Notes under the pieces: model-generated
Database searches by the model: none
The model's input: only the letters and a program-made list of their open reading frames with translations
Told to the model about the DNA's origin: nothing
Shown: positions 1 to 11,937 of the stretch, piece after piece
How positions within the stretch are numbered: the stretch's first letter is position 1
Layout: each line of letters begins with the position of its first letter
Made by a program: the position numbers and the translations under genes
Origin: Citrobacter sp. Marseille-Q6884
GTDB lineage: Bacteria; Pseudomonadota; Gammaproteobacteria; Enterobacterales; Enterobacteriaceae
Assembly: GCF_945906775.1 (NCBI RefSeq)
Contig: NZ_CAMDRE010000002.1
Coordinates: 741,513 to 773,512, forward strand
Length of the DNA stretch: 32,000 nt
Direction of reading: 5' to 3'

Positions 1-116
1 GGAGTCAGTCATCAGATACGGGCTTCCTGTTTCGGTACAGCTTATGGCCTGATTATCCCGTGTCCTGACCACAACAAAGCGTGGAAAAGACGCGGATAAT
101 CATGCTACCTCTGGCG

Positions 117-1331
117 TTAGGCGAAGATGTCTACCGCGCCATCACCGCGTGCCGCAGCGTGCAATGAGGCCGGTGTTGCCATCACGGCGTCATCTTCAGC
201 GGCAAAAATATCGTGTCCCTGACTACGGCCAGTCTGTTGTTGTTGCGCAGAAGACTGCTGTTGACCCGCGAAACTTTCGCTGCTGATGCTGCTTTGCCCC
301 AACTGAATCCCACTTTCAGCCAACTGAGTGCGCAGCATCGGTAACGCGGCTTCCAACGCGGCACGAACGTGGCTGTGCGGCGACACCATTTGTAACTGCG
401 CCAGGTTGTCATCCAGTTTGAGTGAAATCTGTACCTGACCCAGATCCTGCGGATGCAGTCGCAGTTCAGCACTTTGCTGACCCTGACGCGTGAATAAGGT
501 GACGTGCTGGCTCAGCGATTGCTGCCATTCATGGCTTCCCAGCGGCGCGCTCAACACGGGAGCGGCTGTCGGCAGAGGCTGTGCGTGTGGCGAACTGCCA
601 GCCAGCGGAGCGACTGCGATACCCGCAGTGGTAGGGGAAGGGGTGCTTTCAATCTCACTTCTGGCCGCAGCGGCCGCTGTCAACGGGGTGATTGTTGGAT
701 TGCCGGACGGATCTGCGCTACTGGTGTGCAGTGCAGCCTCGGTTTTGCCTTTTTTCACATCGCCTGGCGCGAGTTCGACGGCATTATCCGCAGCACCGCC
801 GTGCGCCGTACCGCGTAAAAGCGCGGTCAATGCGCTATCCGCCGGTGCTGATGGGGTTTCTGCAACAGGTGTCACGATCTGCTGTCCTGGCAGCATGGCA
901 AACAGCGCGCTCAGGCTGGCGAGATCCTCGTCGCTCAGAGTGGTGGTGTTTTCATCCTGTTGGGCGGTTTTGCCCAATGCTGTCAGCGCATTAAGCTTCG
1001 TCGATGGCGTCAGTGTTGACAGCAGTTGCTGTGCATCCGTCAGATCGGTCAGTGAGGCATCTGTCTGTGCCGCTTTTTGTGTCAGAAGGTCGGCTAATGT
1101 CGTGGCGTGTGCTGTATCGCCATTTTTTTGCAGCAACCCTTTTTGCAGTTTGCTGCCTGCCGCCTGTAAATCAGCCAGCGACAGCGGGGCATCTTTACTC
1201 TGAGCATCGCCCGCGCCTAATGCGCCAGCCAGTAGAGCCAAAAAATTCTCGGGTGAATCTACCGCTTTTCCTGACTGAAGACCTGCGGCTACGTCGGTGT
1301 CGGGGGTAATCAGTTGGGGCAAAGTAATCAT
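117..1331 (-). CDS. fliK: Flagellar hook-length control protein FliK
   Basis: 404 aa ORF; [10 protein letters not shown]-terminus and the conserved C-terminal [49 protein letters not shown]...[16 protein letters not shown]; position in the fliF-K cluster. Confidence 0.98.
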   Translation of the reverse strand: MITLPQLITPDTDVAAGLQSGKAVDSPENFLALLAGALGAGDAQSKDAPLSLADLQAAGSKLQKGLLQKNGDTAHATTLADLLTQKAAQTDASLTDLTDAQQLLSTLTPSTKLNALTALGKTAQQDENTTTLSDEDLASLSALFAMLPGQQIVTPVAETPSAPADSALTALLRGTAHGGAADNAVELAPGDVKKGKTEAALHTSSADPSGNPTITPLTAAAAARSEIESTPSPTTAGIAVAPLAGSSPHAQPLPTAAPVLSAPLGSHEWQQSLSQHVTLFTRQGQQSAELRLHPQDLGQVQISLKLDDNLAQLQMVSPHSHVRAALEAALPMLRTQLAESGIQLGQSSISSESFAGQQQSSAQQQQTGRSQGHDIFAAEDDAVMATPASLHAAARGDGAVDIFA

Positions 1332-1771
1332 TCGGGTTTCCTCATAGCTGCGCGCTGAGCAAATTCATCCATTTTCTTCTGATCCAGGCGGTTTTCAGCC
1401 AGTAAAGCCGCCGTCGTTTGTCTGTCCTGCAGGGTCTGCCACGCCTGAAGCCGTTGCTTTTTATCGCGCCAGCTGCTCAGCGCCTGGTCAACTTTCTGCG
1501 TCCACTGGTTAAGCTGTTGGCGGTGCTGCTCAATGGCTTTTTCCAGCGTCTGAATAAATTGCTGGTAGTTAAGCCAGCGGTTACTGGTAATTCCCTGACC
1601 CATATCGCTGTTGAGATTGGTGCGGTACTCATGCTGATAGTCGATCAGCATCTTTAACTGTTCTTCTGCCTGCTGACAGCCACGACGCATTTCTCCCAAC
1701 AGAATCGCGGCGTCATCGACCTCTTTTTCCGCCAGATCTTTCAGTGTGGCCAGCGCACCATGTTGTGCCAT
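1328..1771 (-). CDS. fliJ: Flagellar export chaperone/protein FliJ
   Basis: 147 aa coiled-coil [34 protein letters not shown] between fliI and fliK, overlapping the fliK start. Confidence 0.97.
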   Translation of the reverse strand: MAQHGALATLKDLAEKEVDDAAILLGEMRRGCQQAEEQLKMLIDYQHEYRTNLNSDMGQGITSNRWLNYQQFIQTLEKAIEQHRQQLNQWTQKVDQALSSWRDKKQRLQAWQTLQDRQTTAALLAENRLDQKKMDEFAQRAAMRKPE

Positions 1772-1792
1772 GACTTATGCTCTCCTGCTTTA

Positions 1793-3162
1793 TCACGCCC
1801 CAGGGAAAATCAGCTCCAACGCCTGCAGAGAGTCTTCCCAGTCAGCGCGCTCAAAGATGCCTTGCTGCAAAAAGGCTTCCAGTTGCGGCCACAACGCGAT
1901 GGCTTTATCCAGCATCGGGTCACTGCCTTTGGCATATGCTCCCACGCTGACTAAGTCACGGTTACGCTGGAAACTGGACAGCAGCTGTTTAAAATTACGC
2001 ACCCGCGTGTAGTGCTTTTCACTGATAAGCGACGTCATTGCGCGGCTGATGGATGCTTCAATATCAATGGCCGGATAGTGGCCAGCTTCGGCGAGATGAC
2101 GTGACAGCACGATGTGTCCGTCCAGAATCGCACGGGCAGAGTCCGCGATCGGATCCTGCTGATCATCACCCTCGGTCAGTACGGTATAAAACGCGGTCAC
2201 TGACCCGCCGCCATGAATCCCGTTCCCGGCGCGTTCGACCAGCGCGGGTAATTTGGCAAACACTGACGGTGGATAACCTTTGGTTGCAGGCGGTTCACCG
2301 ATAGCGAGAGCAATTTCGCGCTGTGCCATCGCGTAGCGGGTGAGGGAATCCATAATCAACAGGACGTGTTGCCCGCGATCGCGAAAATCTTCGGCAATGC
2401 GTGTGGCATAGGCCGCTCCCTGCATACGTAACAGCGGTGAGACATCAGCCGGAGCGGCAATCACCACGGAACGTGCGCGACCCTCGGTGCCGAGAATGTT
2501 TTCGATAAAGTCTTTCACTTCACGACCACGTTCGCCGATCAGTCCGACGACGATGACATCGGCCTGGGTGTAACGCGCCATCATGCCGAGCAGGACGCTT
2601 TTACCGACGCCTGAACCGGCGAAAAGCCCCATACGCTGGCCACGACCAACGGTGAGCAGCGCATTGATCGGGCGTACCCCGGTATCCAGCACGTGCTCAA
2701 TGGCGGTTCGTTGCAAGGGGTTAAACGGCGGCGTAATTAACGCCCCGGTTTCGGTGGTATCGGGGGCGGGCAGACCGTCGAGCGGTTTACCGCTGCCGTC
2801 GAGCACGCGTCCAAGCAGGGCCGGACCCAGCGGTAATTGTTTCCCGCTTTGCAGACCTTCTCCGGCCATGTTTTTGGCGTAAACGCGCGCGCCGGGCAGC
2901 ACGCCTTCAACTTCTTCGAGCGGCATCAGAAACAGGCGTTGACCGTTAAAGCCCACCACTTCACTTTCGACTTCCTGGGTTTCGTTACCTTCCTGGCGTT
3001 CAATCACGCAGGTTGCGCCCAACGGCAGTTGTAAGCCGGTCGCTTCCAGTACCAGCCCCGTTGCGCGGGTCAGGCGTCCGTAGCGGCGGACTGACGGAAG
3101 CAGCGACATTTTCTCTTCGAAGTTATCCAGCGTGTTGAGCCAGCGAGTCAGGCGAGTGGTCA

Positions 3163-3163
<1 letters not shown>
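1793..3163 (-). CDS. fliI: Flagellum-specific ATP synthase FliI
   Basis: 456 aa; Walker [12 protein letters not shown], Walker [12 protein letters not shown], type III export ATPase sequence. Confidence 0.99.
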
Positions 3164-6530
<3,367 letters not shown>

Positions 6531-6746
6531 CTCGCACCTCGTGGATTATCGTGGACGGCGTTTTTTGCAAAGTGGAACAAGACTCACTCCCGGGTCAGCA
6601 AACTCGAAAAATTGACGGTCTCATTATTTGCGGTTTCAAATTTTTCTATGCGCCAAAAACCGAGGTTTTTTATCGTTATTTAACGCCTTTATCCTATTGA
6701 CGAACTGGTAATCTCAGCTACGTAAAAAAACATCCAGGGGATCAGA

Positions 6747-7061
6747 ATGTCGGCAATACAGGGGATTGAAGGGGTCATCAGCCAGCTACAGGCCACGGCG
6801 ATGTCCGCAAAAATGCAGGATGTACAGCCACAATCGACCGTGAGTTTCGCCGGTCAACTGCATGCGGCGTTGGACAGAATCAGCGATACGCAGACGGCTT
6901 CTCGCGTTCAGTCAGAAAAATTTGCGTTGGGTGAACCGGGTATTGCGCTAAACGATGTGATGACCGATATGCAAAAAGCATCTGTCTCAATGCAGATGGG
7001 CATTCAGGTGCGTAACAAACTGGTGTCGGCGTACCAGGAAGTGATGTCGATGCAGGTGTAG
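6747..7061 (+). CDS. fliE: Flagellar hook-basal body protein FliE
   Basis: 104 aa; [19 protein letters not shown]...[17 protein letters not shown] with intact C-terminus; divergent from fliF. Confidence 0.98.
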   Translation: MSAIQGIEGVISQLQATAMSAKMQDVQPQSTVSFAGQLHAALDRISDTQTASRVQSEKFALGEPGIALNDVMTDMQKASVSMQMGIQVRNKLVSAYQEVMSMQV

Positions 7062-7087
7062 GTTCACTAACCTAATGATATTTATAG

Positions 7088-8383
7088 TTAATACCCATCC
7101 GATCCTACTGCGTGGGGCATGGATGGGGCAAACTCACTCAATTTCTGGTTGAGTATGAGTACCTGGTCATGATTGTTTTCCGCCATCCAGGATCCGTAAA
7201 CCCTGTAAACCATTTGTGCATCGGTGTGTCCCATTTGCTTCGCGATGAAGTTAGGGTTGGCACCGGCAGCTAACGACCAGCATGCGTAAGTATGTCGTGA
7301 TTGGTATGCTCTGCGATAACGAACTCCGGTGCGTCTCATTGCCGCCTCCCACGACTGGTTGATCGATCCCACTGCGTAATGATGCCCTGCACGGCCATTG
7401 CGCGATACTATTTGTGGGTTGAAAACGAATGTGCATGGATGCACATCAGCACGACCATATTCACGCAGTTTCACCTCAACCTGATATTGCTTTCCTAACC
7501 TGGTCATTTCAGCCTGGTTCTTCAGCACATCGATGGCTGGCTGAATTAGGTTTATGATACGGTCCGTTCCGGCCTCAGTTTTTGGAAGGGTGAACTCCTT
7601 CGTTAAAGTGTGGTTGCGACGGATCATCATCGTTCCTGCTTTCAGATCGATATCTTCCCATGCCAGCGATACCAGTTCCCCATGCCTAACCCCCGTGTAC
7701 ACTGCCAGCGACCACATGTTTTTCAGTTGTTGATGAGTACATGCGTTAATGAGTCTGACGAACTCCTCTCGTGTGAGTGGATCTGGTTCAGTACGTGACC
7801 GTTTAAGCATGGAAATACCGCTAAACGGATTTGCCTTAACATAACCACTGTCCGCAGCGAAGTTAAACATTCCTGACATCGTTCTCATGTAGTTGTTGAC
7901 CGTTCTGACAGACCGACCTTTTATCGGCGTTTTCTGTCCTGTCTTCAATACGTGATAACCGGTTAATAACTCCTTCCTGATAAACAGCAGGTCTTCCTGC
8001 GTCACAGCAGATACCAACTTATCGCCACCAATTCTCGGCACCATGTTGCGCGTTATTGATGAATAGCGCGACATCGCATTGGTGCTGATCTCCATACGCT
8101 TCAGTTCAAGCCACTTATTCGCCAGCTCAAGCACGGTGATCTCCTTGCTCTCCACCCCAAACTTTCTCAGGTTCGGTGAGTCCGGGAACTGAGCGGCATA
8201 GTTGAAGTTTCCGGTCTTAATCGCGAAGCACACCGACGCGCGCAGCTCGCCAGCGATCTTTCTGTTTTTTGGTGTATCCGGCACGCCGAGGCTTTCACGC
8301 ACCCGGCTGCCTTTATAGATGAACCATATGCGGAGCGTTCCGCCGTGGTTCTCCACGCCTGTTGGGTATGCTGACTTAGCCAT
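7088..8383 (-). CDS. int: Tyrosine-family prophage integrase
   Basis: 431 aa; catalytic residues readable as TGVRHGELVSLAW, SRHTYACWSLAAGANPNFIAKQMGHTD, MVYRVYG; first phage gene after fliE. Confidence 0.95.
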   Translation of the reverse strand: MAKSAYPTGVENHGGTLRIWFIYKGSRVRESLGVPDTPKNRKIAGELRASVCFAIKTGNFNYAAQFPDSPNLRKFGVESKEITVLELANKWLELKRMEISTNAMSRYSSITRNMVPRIGGDKLVSAVTQEDLLFIRKELLTGYHVLKTGQKTPIKGRSVRTVNNYMRTMSGMFNFAADSGYVKANPFSGISMLKRSRTEPDPLTREEFVRLINACTHQQLKNMWSLAVYTGVRHGELVSLAWEDIDLKAGTMMIRRNHTLTKEFTLPKTEAGTDRIINLIQPAIDVLKNQAEMTRLGKQYQVEVKLREYGRADVHPCTFVFNPQIVSRNGRAGHHYAVGSINQSWEAAMRRTGVRYRRAYQSRHTYACWSLAAGANPNFIAKQMGHTDAQMVYRVYGSWMAENNHDQVLILNQKLSEFAPSMPHAVGSDGY

Positions 8384-8428
8384 TATTCCCTCCTGACGTC
8401 CAAGAGCCTGCTAAGCATAAACGGATCT

Positions 8429-8674
8429 TCATTGGCGCGCACCAGGCTGTTTCTTTGACATGCTCTCAACCCACTGGTCGACAGCCTTTCTGTTGTACAT
8501 GCATTCGCTGTTCTTCTTCGGCACACCGTCCGGGGAAACGTGAAGATATTCCCGTCCGATCATCCAGCAATTTTTGCGGGCCCGCTCGATAGTGCCCGGG
8601 CGAAGGCCGGTAATCTCGACGAGCTTTTCTTCGGTTACCCAGTCGTTAGGTACGATTAAGGTCATTTCGCTCAT
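8429..8674 (-). CDS. Excisionase-like protein
   Basis: 81 aa; VPNDWVTEEKLVEITGLRPGTIERARKNCWMIGREYLHV winged-helix Xis pattern, immediately upstream of int. Confidence 0.85.
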   Translation of the reverse strand: MSEMTLIVPNDWVTEEKLVEITGLRPGTIERARKNCWMIGREYLHVSPDGVPKKNSECMYNRKAVDQWVESMSKKQPGARQ

Positions 8675-8781
8675 GCTTTTCTCCAGGTAAAAAGAATGCC
8701 CTCACAATGGAGGGCAAATGGTGGATAACGTGGCAGTGCATTCGCACCCAATAGCCAGCTCATAACTGGCTATCAGTTGCG

Positions 8782-9012
8782 TCAATTTCCGGTACTTCCG
8801 AGCAAGAGAGTTGCGTTTCCTTCTTTGTCCCGGTAGACCTCGAAATACTCAGTCCATTTATTCTCATTCGTGCCTGGTTGTGGCGTAAAATCTCTGACCT
8901 CAATATTCCCTCCCTGGTCGTAGTGGGTTGTACCGCTCTCGTGATAGATGACCTGAACGACGGCATCCTGCGGCATCGTCTTCAGCCATTCTATAAACGC
9001 CTGTACGTCCAT
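8782..9012 (-). CDS. Phage hypothetical protein, 76 aa
   Basis: MDVQAFIEWLKTMPQDAVVQVIYHESG...; SD-like GGAGAG just upstream of the ATG; position in left operon. Confidence 0.6.
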   Translation of the reverse strand: MDVQAFIEWLKTMPQDAVVQVIYHESGTTHYDQGGNIEVRDFTPQPGTNENKWTEYFEVYRDKEGNATLLLGSTGN

Positions 9013-9223
9013 AATCTCTCCTCATGCCGCCCGCATAGCGCGGAGGCGTTTTAAGTGTTCTGCTGTTTCAAGTTCGGCTCGTATCTGTGCCGCCTCGTGT
9101 GGGTCGAGGTGCTCGAAGTCGTTATTAAATCGGTCGATTGAAGCGGTGTTGATCCGCCCCTGTCGCCAGTAGCGGACTATTTAGGATGTGCAACTGTGGA
9201 TGATGACTGGCCAGTTATGCTGG

Positions 9224-9607
9224 TCAGCGTATATCTGACCCCGTTGAATTAGCTGGAAAATTGAGTAACTCCTGCATCATGAGGAAGACAATCATTGCGG
9301 CGCGGAGTGGGTTAGTGTCATAGTATGATTTCGTGGTCGCGTTATTGAGCGCGTAAGATTTCCATTCGCTATTCTTCCATTCATGCCATTCGATATTAAT
9401 TTTGCGTTCAACGATAATCGGCCATGCGTCCGCCGGGTTGTTGCAGTAGTCAGGGATATCTATTTGGTTCCATCCATCACCTGATGGGCCGCAATCGTAA
9501 AAGCATGAATTATCTGCACTCAGGCACATATGTTCGATGTCTGGGCTGAATACCGCTAACACCACGCAGTTAATCTCAAAGTCACTCATCTTGCTGTAAT
9601 CCATCAC
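9224..9607 (-). CDS. NinX-like (DUF2591-type) phage protein
   Basis: 127 aa; MMDYSKMSDFEINCVVLAVFSPD... PADAWPIIVERKINIEW pattern. Confidence 0.65.
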   Translation of the reverse strand: MMDYSKMSDFEINCVVLAVFSPDIEHMCLSADNSCFYDCGPSGDGWNQIDIPDYCNNPADAWPIIVERKINIEWHEWKNSEWKSYALNNATTKSYYDTNPLRAAMIVFLMMQELLNFPANSTGSDIR

Positions 9608-9825
9608 ATCCTCCCAATCTTCTTACGCAATTCCATATCGCTCTGGCATCCGACGCACATCGTGCATCCCGGATACGCTTTCCGGCGCGCATCCAGTAAC
9701 TTGTCGCCGCATTCCTCACAGTGCGTTGCTGATACTGCTGAGTGGTTGAGTCTGTGAGCCTGAATAGCGTTTTCGCGCATCATCTCTTCGAGAGCGCTGG
9801 CTTGGTCGATGATTTCAGATGTCAT
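9604..9825 (-). CDS. DksA/TraR-type C4 zinc finger protein
   Basis: 73 aa; CEECGDKLLDARRKAYPGCTMCVGCQ. Confidence 0.88.
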   Translation of the reverse strand: MTSEIIDQASALEEMMRENAIQAHRLNHSAVSATHCEECGDKLLDARRKAYPGCTMCVGCQSDMELRKKIGRM

Positions 9826-10310
9826 GATTCGGAACCTTTTATAAAGATAATCCAGTGAGTTTTGTCGCTCTTACCGGTGCGCTGACCGATGATTGGCTTA
9901 ACGTCAGTCAAAGCTAAAATCTGGCTGACAGGTATCTGAGTTTCATTCCATTTGAAGATGAGAACGCCTTGTGGCCATAGCACCCTGAATGCTTCAGCGA
10001 AACCGGCGCGAATGTCGTCACGCCACGTTTCTTTGTTGAGCCGCCCGTACTTTTTCCCCATCCACGCGTTATCGCCGACACGTTCTAGGTGCGGCGGATC
10101 GAACACGACGACAGGAAAAGTGTTATCGGCAAAGGGTAGGGCGCGGAAATCAGCTATAAGGTCCGGGCTGATAACCAACTGGCGACCGTCACAAAGCACG
10201 TGTTCTTCTGCGCGAATATCGCTAAACACTGCTCTTTCGTCCTGCTTGTCGAACCAGAACATGCGAGAGCCGCAGCACATATCCAGAATTGAAACTTCGC
10301 TCATAATCAC
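9822..10310 (-). CDS. Class I SAM-dependent methyltransferase-like protein
   Basis: 162 aa; ILDMCCGSRMFWF (motif I position), VVVFDPPHLER catalytic-type DPPH; probable ATG at 10304 rather than GTG at 10310. Confidence 0.75.
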   Translation of the reverse strand: MIMSEVSILDMCCGSRMFWFDKQDERAVFSDIRAEEHVLCDGRQLVISPDLIADFRALPFADNTFPVVVFDPPHLERVGDNAWMGKKYGRLNKETWRDDIRAGFAEAFRVLWPQGVLIFKWNETQIPVSQILALTDVKPIIGQRTGKSDKTHWIIFIKGSES

Positions 10311-10405
10311 TGCTCCCTAAACTGTCGGTTAATTCGGTTGAAGGTGAACGCCAGCAATAAAAAAGGCCGACATAGCGACCTTGTGATTCGTTTGGTTAGC
10401 GTCAT
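10307..10405 (-). CDS. Small ORF (32 aa), hydrophobic/basic, between methyltransferase genes
   Basis: MTLTKRITRSLCRPFLLLAFTFNRINRQFREQ; its ATG overlaps the TGA of the 10402-11157 ORF and its own TGA overlaps the GTG at 10310. Too short to be in the ORF track; read manually. Confidence 0.4.
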   Translation of the reverse strand: MTLTKRITRSLCRPFLLLAFTFNRINRQFREQ

Positions 10406-11157
10406 GCTGCGTCCTCAATCTGGTTTAAGCAGGGAGAATGCTGCTGCAGCCACTCTTGGAACCTGTCCATTGCCAAGGGCTTTAATTCTGTCCACCCCGA
10501 AGGCCACATCATCAGCCACTCTGCGTAGTTTGGGCAGATGTTCAGGCCAGGCGTTTCCTCCCCGCCATCCTGCAAATGCTTCCATGCTAACCAGTCCTCC
10601 AGGTTGTGACGGTGCTCCCCGGTTCTCGCTCTGCACCATGCTATCCCATGACTTCCCATGCTTGCCCTTGGTGTAGGCTGCAATCCAGATACGGTCACGT
10701 CGATGGGGCGCTCCAAGGTCTGATGCTGATAAACAACACCATTCCGAATCAAACCCCATTTTGGCAAGGTCACTAATGACCATTGCAAGTCCTCTTCCCA
10801 CAAGCAAAGGTGAGTTTTCCACGAATGCGAATCTAGGTCGTACCTCACCGATGATTCTTGCCATTTGCCTCCAAAGTCCAGATCGACTTCCGTCGATTCC
10901 TGCTCCTTTTCCTGCTCCTGATATGTCCTGGCATGGAAACCCGCCAGAAACGACATCAACAATTCCCCGCCACGGTTTTCCGTCAAAGCTACACACGTCA
11001 GACCAAATCGGGAAAGGTCGGAAAATTCCATCGTTTTGTCGTTGCGCGAGAACTTGTGCGGCGTAGGCATCACGTTCAACTGCGCAGACTGTTCGCCACC
11101 CAAGGAGGTGTCCACCGAGTACTCCTCCACCAGCGCCTGCGAAAAGAGCCAACTCAT
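10402..11157 (-). CDS. Overprinted phage protein fully overlapping the C5 methyltransferase gene in another frame, 251 aa
   Basis: Open for 251 codons (MSWLFSQALVEEYSVDTSLGGEQSAQLN...SSVRYDLDSHSWKTHLCLWEEDLQWSLVTLPKWGLIRNGVVY...LQPTPRAS...EWLMMWPSGWTELKPLA), own ATG downstream of a GGGAGGA SD, resembles standalone phage proteins with LPTPRA / EWLMGWPIGWT-type motifs as I remember them. Confidence 0.7.
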   Translation of the reverse strand: MSWLFSQALVEEYSVDTSLGGEQSAQLNVMPTPHKFSRNDKTMEFSDLSRFGLTCVALTENRGGELLMSFLAGFHARTYQEQEKEQESTEVDLDFGGKWQESSVRYDLDSHSWKTHLCLWEEDLQWSLVTLPKWGLIRNGVVYQHQTLERPIDVTVSGLQPTPRASMGSHGIAWCRARTGEHRHNLEDWLAWKHLQDGGEETPGLNICPNYAEWLMMWPSGWTELKPLAMDRFQEWLQQHSPCLNQIEDAA

Positions 11158-11161
11158 TCAC
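10415..11161 (-). CDS. DNA (cytosine-5-)-methyltransferase
   Basis: 248 aa; FAGAGGGVLGG (motif I), GGFPCQDISGAGKG (motif IV PCQ), ENSPLL (motif VI), LGAPHRRDRIWI (motif VIII), ALGNGQVPRVAAAAF (motif X); GTG start. Confidence 0.93.
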   Translation of the reverse strand: MNELALFAGAGGGVLGGHLLGWRTVCAVERDAYAAQVLAQRQNDGIFRPFPIWSDVCSFDGKPWRGIVDVVSGGFPCQDISGAGKGAGIDGSRSGLWRQMARIIGEVRPRFAFVENSPLLVGRGLAMVISDLAKMGFDSEWCCLSASDLGAPHRRDRIWIAAYTKGKHGKSWDSMVQSENRGAPSQPGGLVSMEAFAGWRGGNAWPEHLPKLRRVADDVAFGVDRIKALGNGQVPRVAAAAFSLLKPD

Positions 11162-11616
11162 ATTTCCTCCCGTTCAGGACTTCTCGTATCCCATCCATTC
11201 CGCTCAATATTCACAGCCAGCCGCTTATCTCCGACCTCTTCGATACTCCTACCAGTAATCTCGGCTACTTCTGCGTTGGTGTATCGCATGAGTATTGCTA
11301 ACTCTTCAGTTGACCATTCACGCATAGTTAATCCTCCGGATCGGGCCAGCGCGTCACGCTTGCTTCTGACTGAGTAAATGGAGCGACCGGTTGCCTTGGC
11401 TATCTCTTCCTCTGAGAACCGACCAAATAGATGAAGCTCGGCTGCCGTCCATGGTCTGCCGGTCATCTTTCTGATAAGTGGTGCACCAATACGTGATGCC
11501 TGGCGAGTGATTGCCGCTTCGGAACGCTCAAGCTTTTCTGCTATTTCTGAGCGGGACATCTTCATCCCAACCTCGTGCAGAAACAGGTTTTCAAAGGGTT
11601 GCCAAAGTTCGCTCAT
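11158..11616 (-). CDS. HTH-repeat phage protein, 152 aa
   Basis: Three similar segments: MSRSEIAEKLERSEAAITRQASRIG, FSEEEIAKATGRSIYSVRSKRDAL, YTNAEVAEITGRSIEEVGDKRLAV; SANT/sigma-like HTH pattern. Confidence 0.7.
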   Translation of the reverse strand: MSELWQPFENLFLHEVGMKMSRSEIAEKLERSEAAITRQASRIGAPLIRKMTGRPWTAAELHLFGRFSEEEIAKATGRSIYSVRSKRDALARSGGLTMREWSTEELAILMRYTNAEVAEITGRSIEEVGDKRLAVNIERNGWDTRSPEREEM

Positions 11617-11894
11617 TGGTTCTCCTTAAGGCGATACACACAGCCGCCGATCGTTCCGTTTCCCCATTCCTCAGCGACCAGGTGTTGCTGTATCTGGTCC
11701 AGCGCCGGGCCCGAGATGAATCTTTGTTGCATCTCTAAGTTAGGTGCCCATCCCTCGTAATATGGCTCGTGGTAATTGAGGGTGATTCCTTCTGAGTGGC
11801 TTAGTGCGCCTGCTGAAGTTTTCCATCTATGGAACGCAGTGATATTGTTCCGCGCGTCCTTGCGCAGAATGCTGAGGATAGTTTCTGGAGTCAT
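11613..11894 (-). CDS. Hypothetical phage protein, 93 aa
   Basis: Start overlaps next gene cascade; MTPETILSILRKDARNNITAFHRWKTSAG. Confidence 0.55.
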   Translation of the reverse strand: MTPETILSILRKDARNNITAFHRWKTSAGALSHSEGITLNYHEPYYEGWAPNLEMQQRFISGPALDQIQQHLVAEEWGNGTIGGCVYRLKENQ

Positions 11895-11937
11895 ATCGAT
11901 AACGGCGATGCCGCCCGCTGTTAGATAGGAGAGGCGG

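Noticed and set aside
490-1203. 237-aa plus-strand ORF opposite fliK
   Set aside because: Shadow frame of the GC-rich Ala/Thr-rich fliK variable region; low-complexity Ala/Ser/Cys translation with no domain signal or operon context
6531-6746. Novel element between fliF and fliE
   Set aside because: Expected divergent flagellar promoter region (AT-rich, FlhDC/sigma28-type control); nothing beyond that could be supported by eye
10761-11377. Plus-strand ORFs (101, 147 and 113 aa) opposite the methyltransferase region
   Set aside because: No SD/operon context and noise-like translations; unlike the same-strand overprinted frame they have no protein-like motifs
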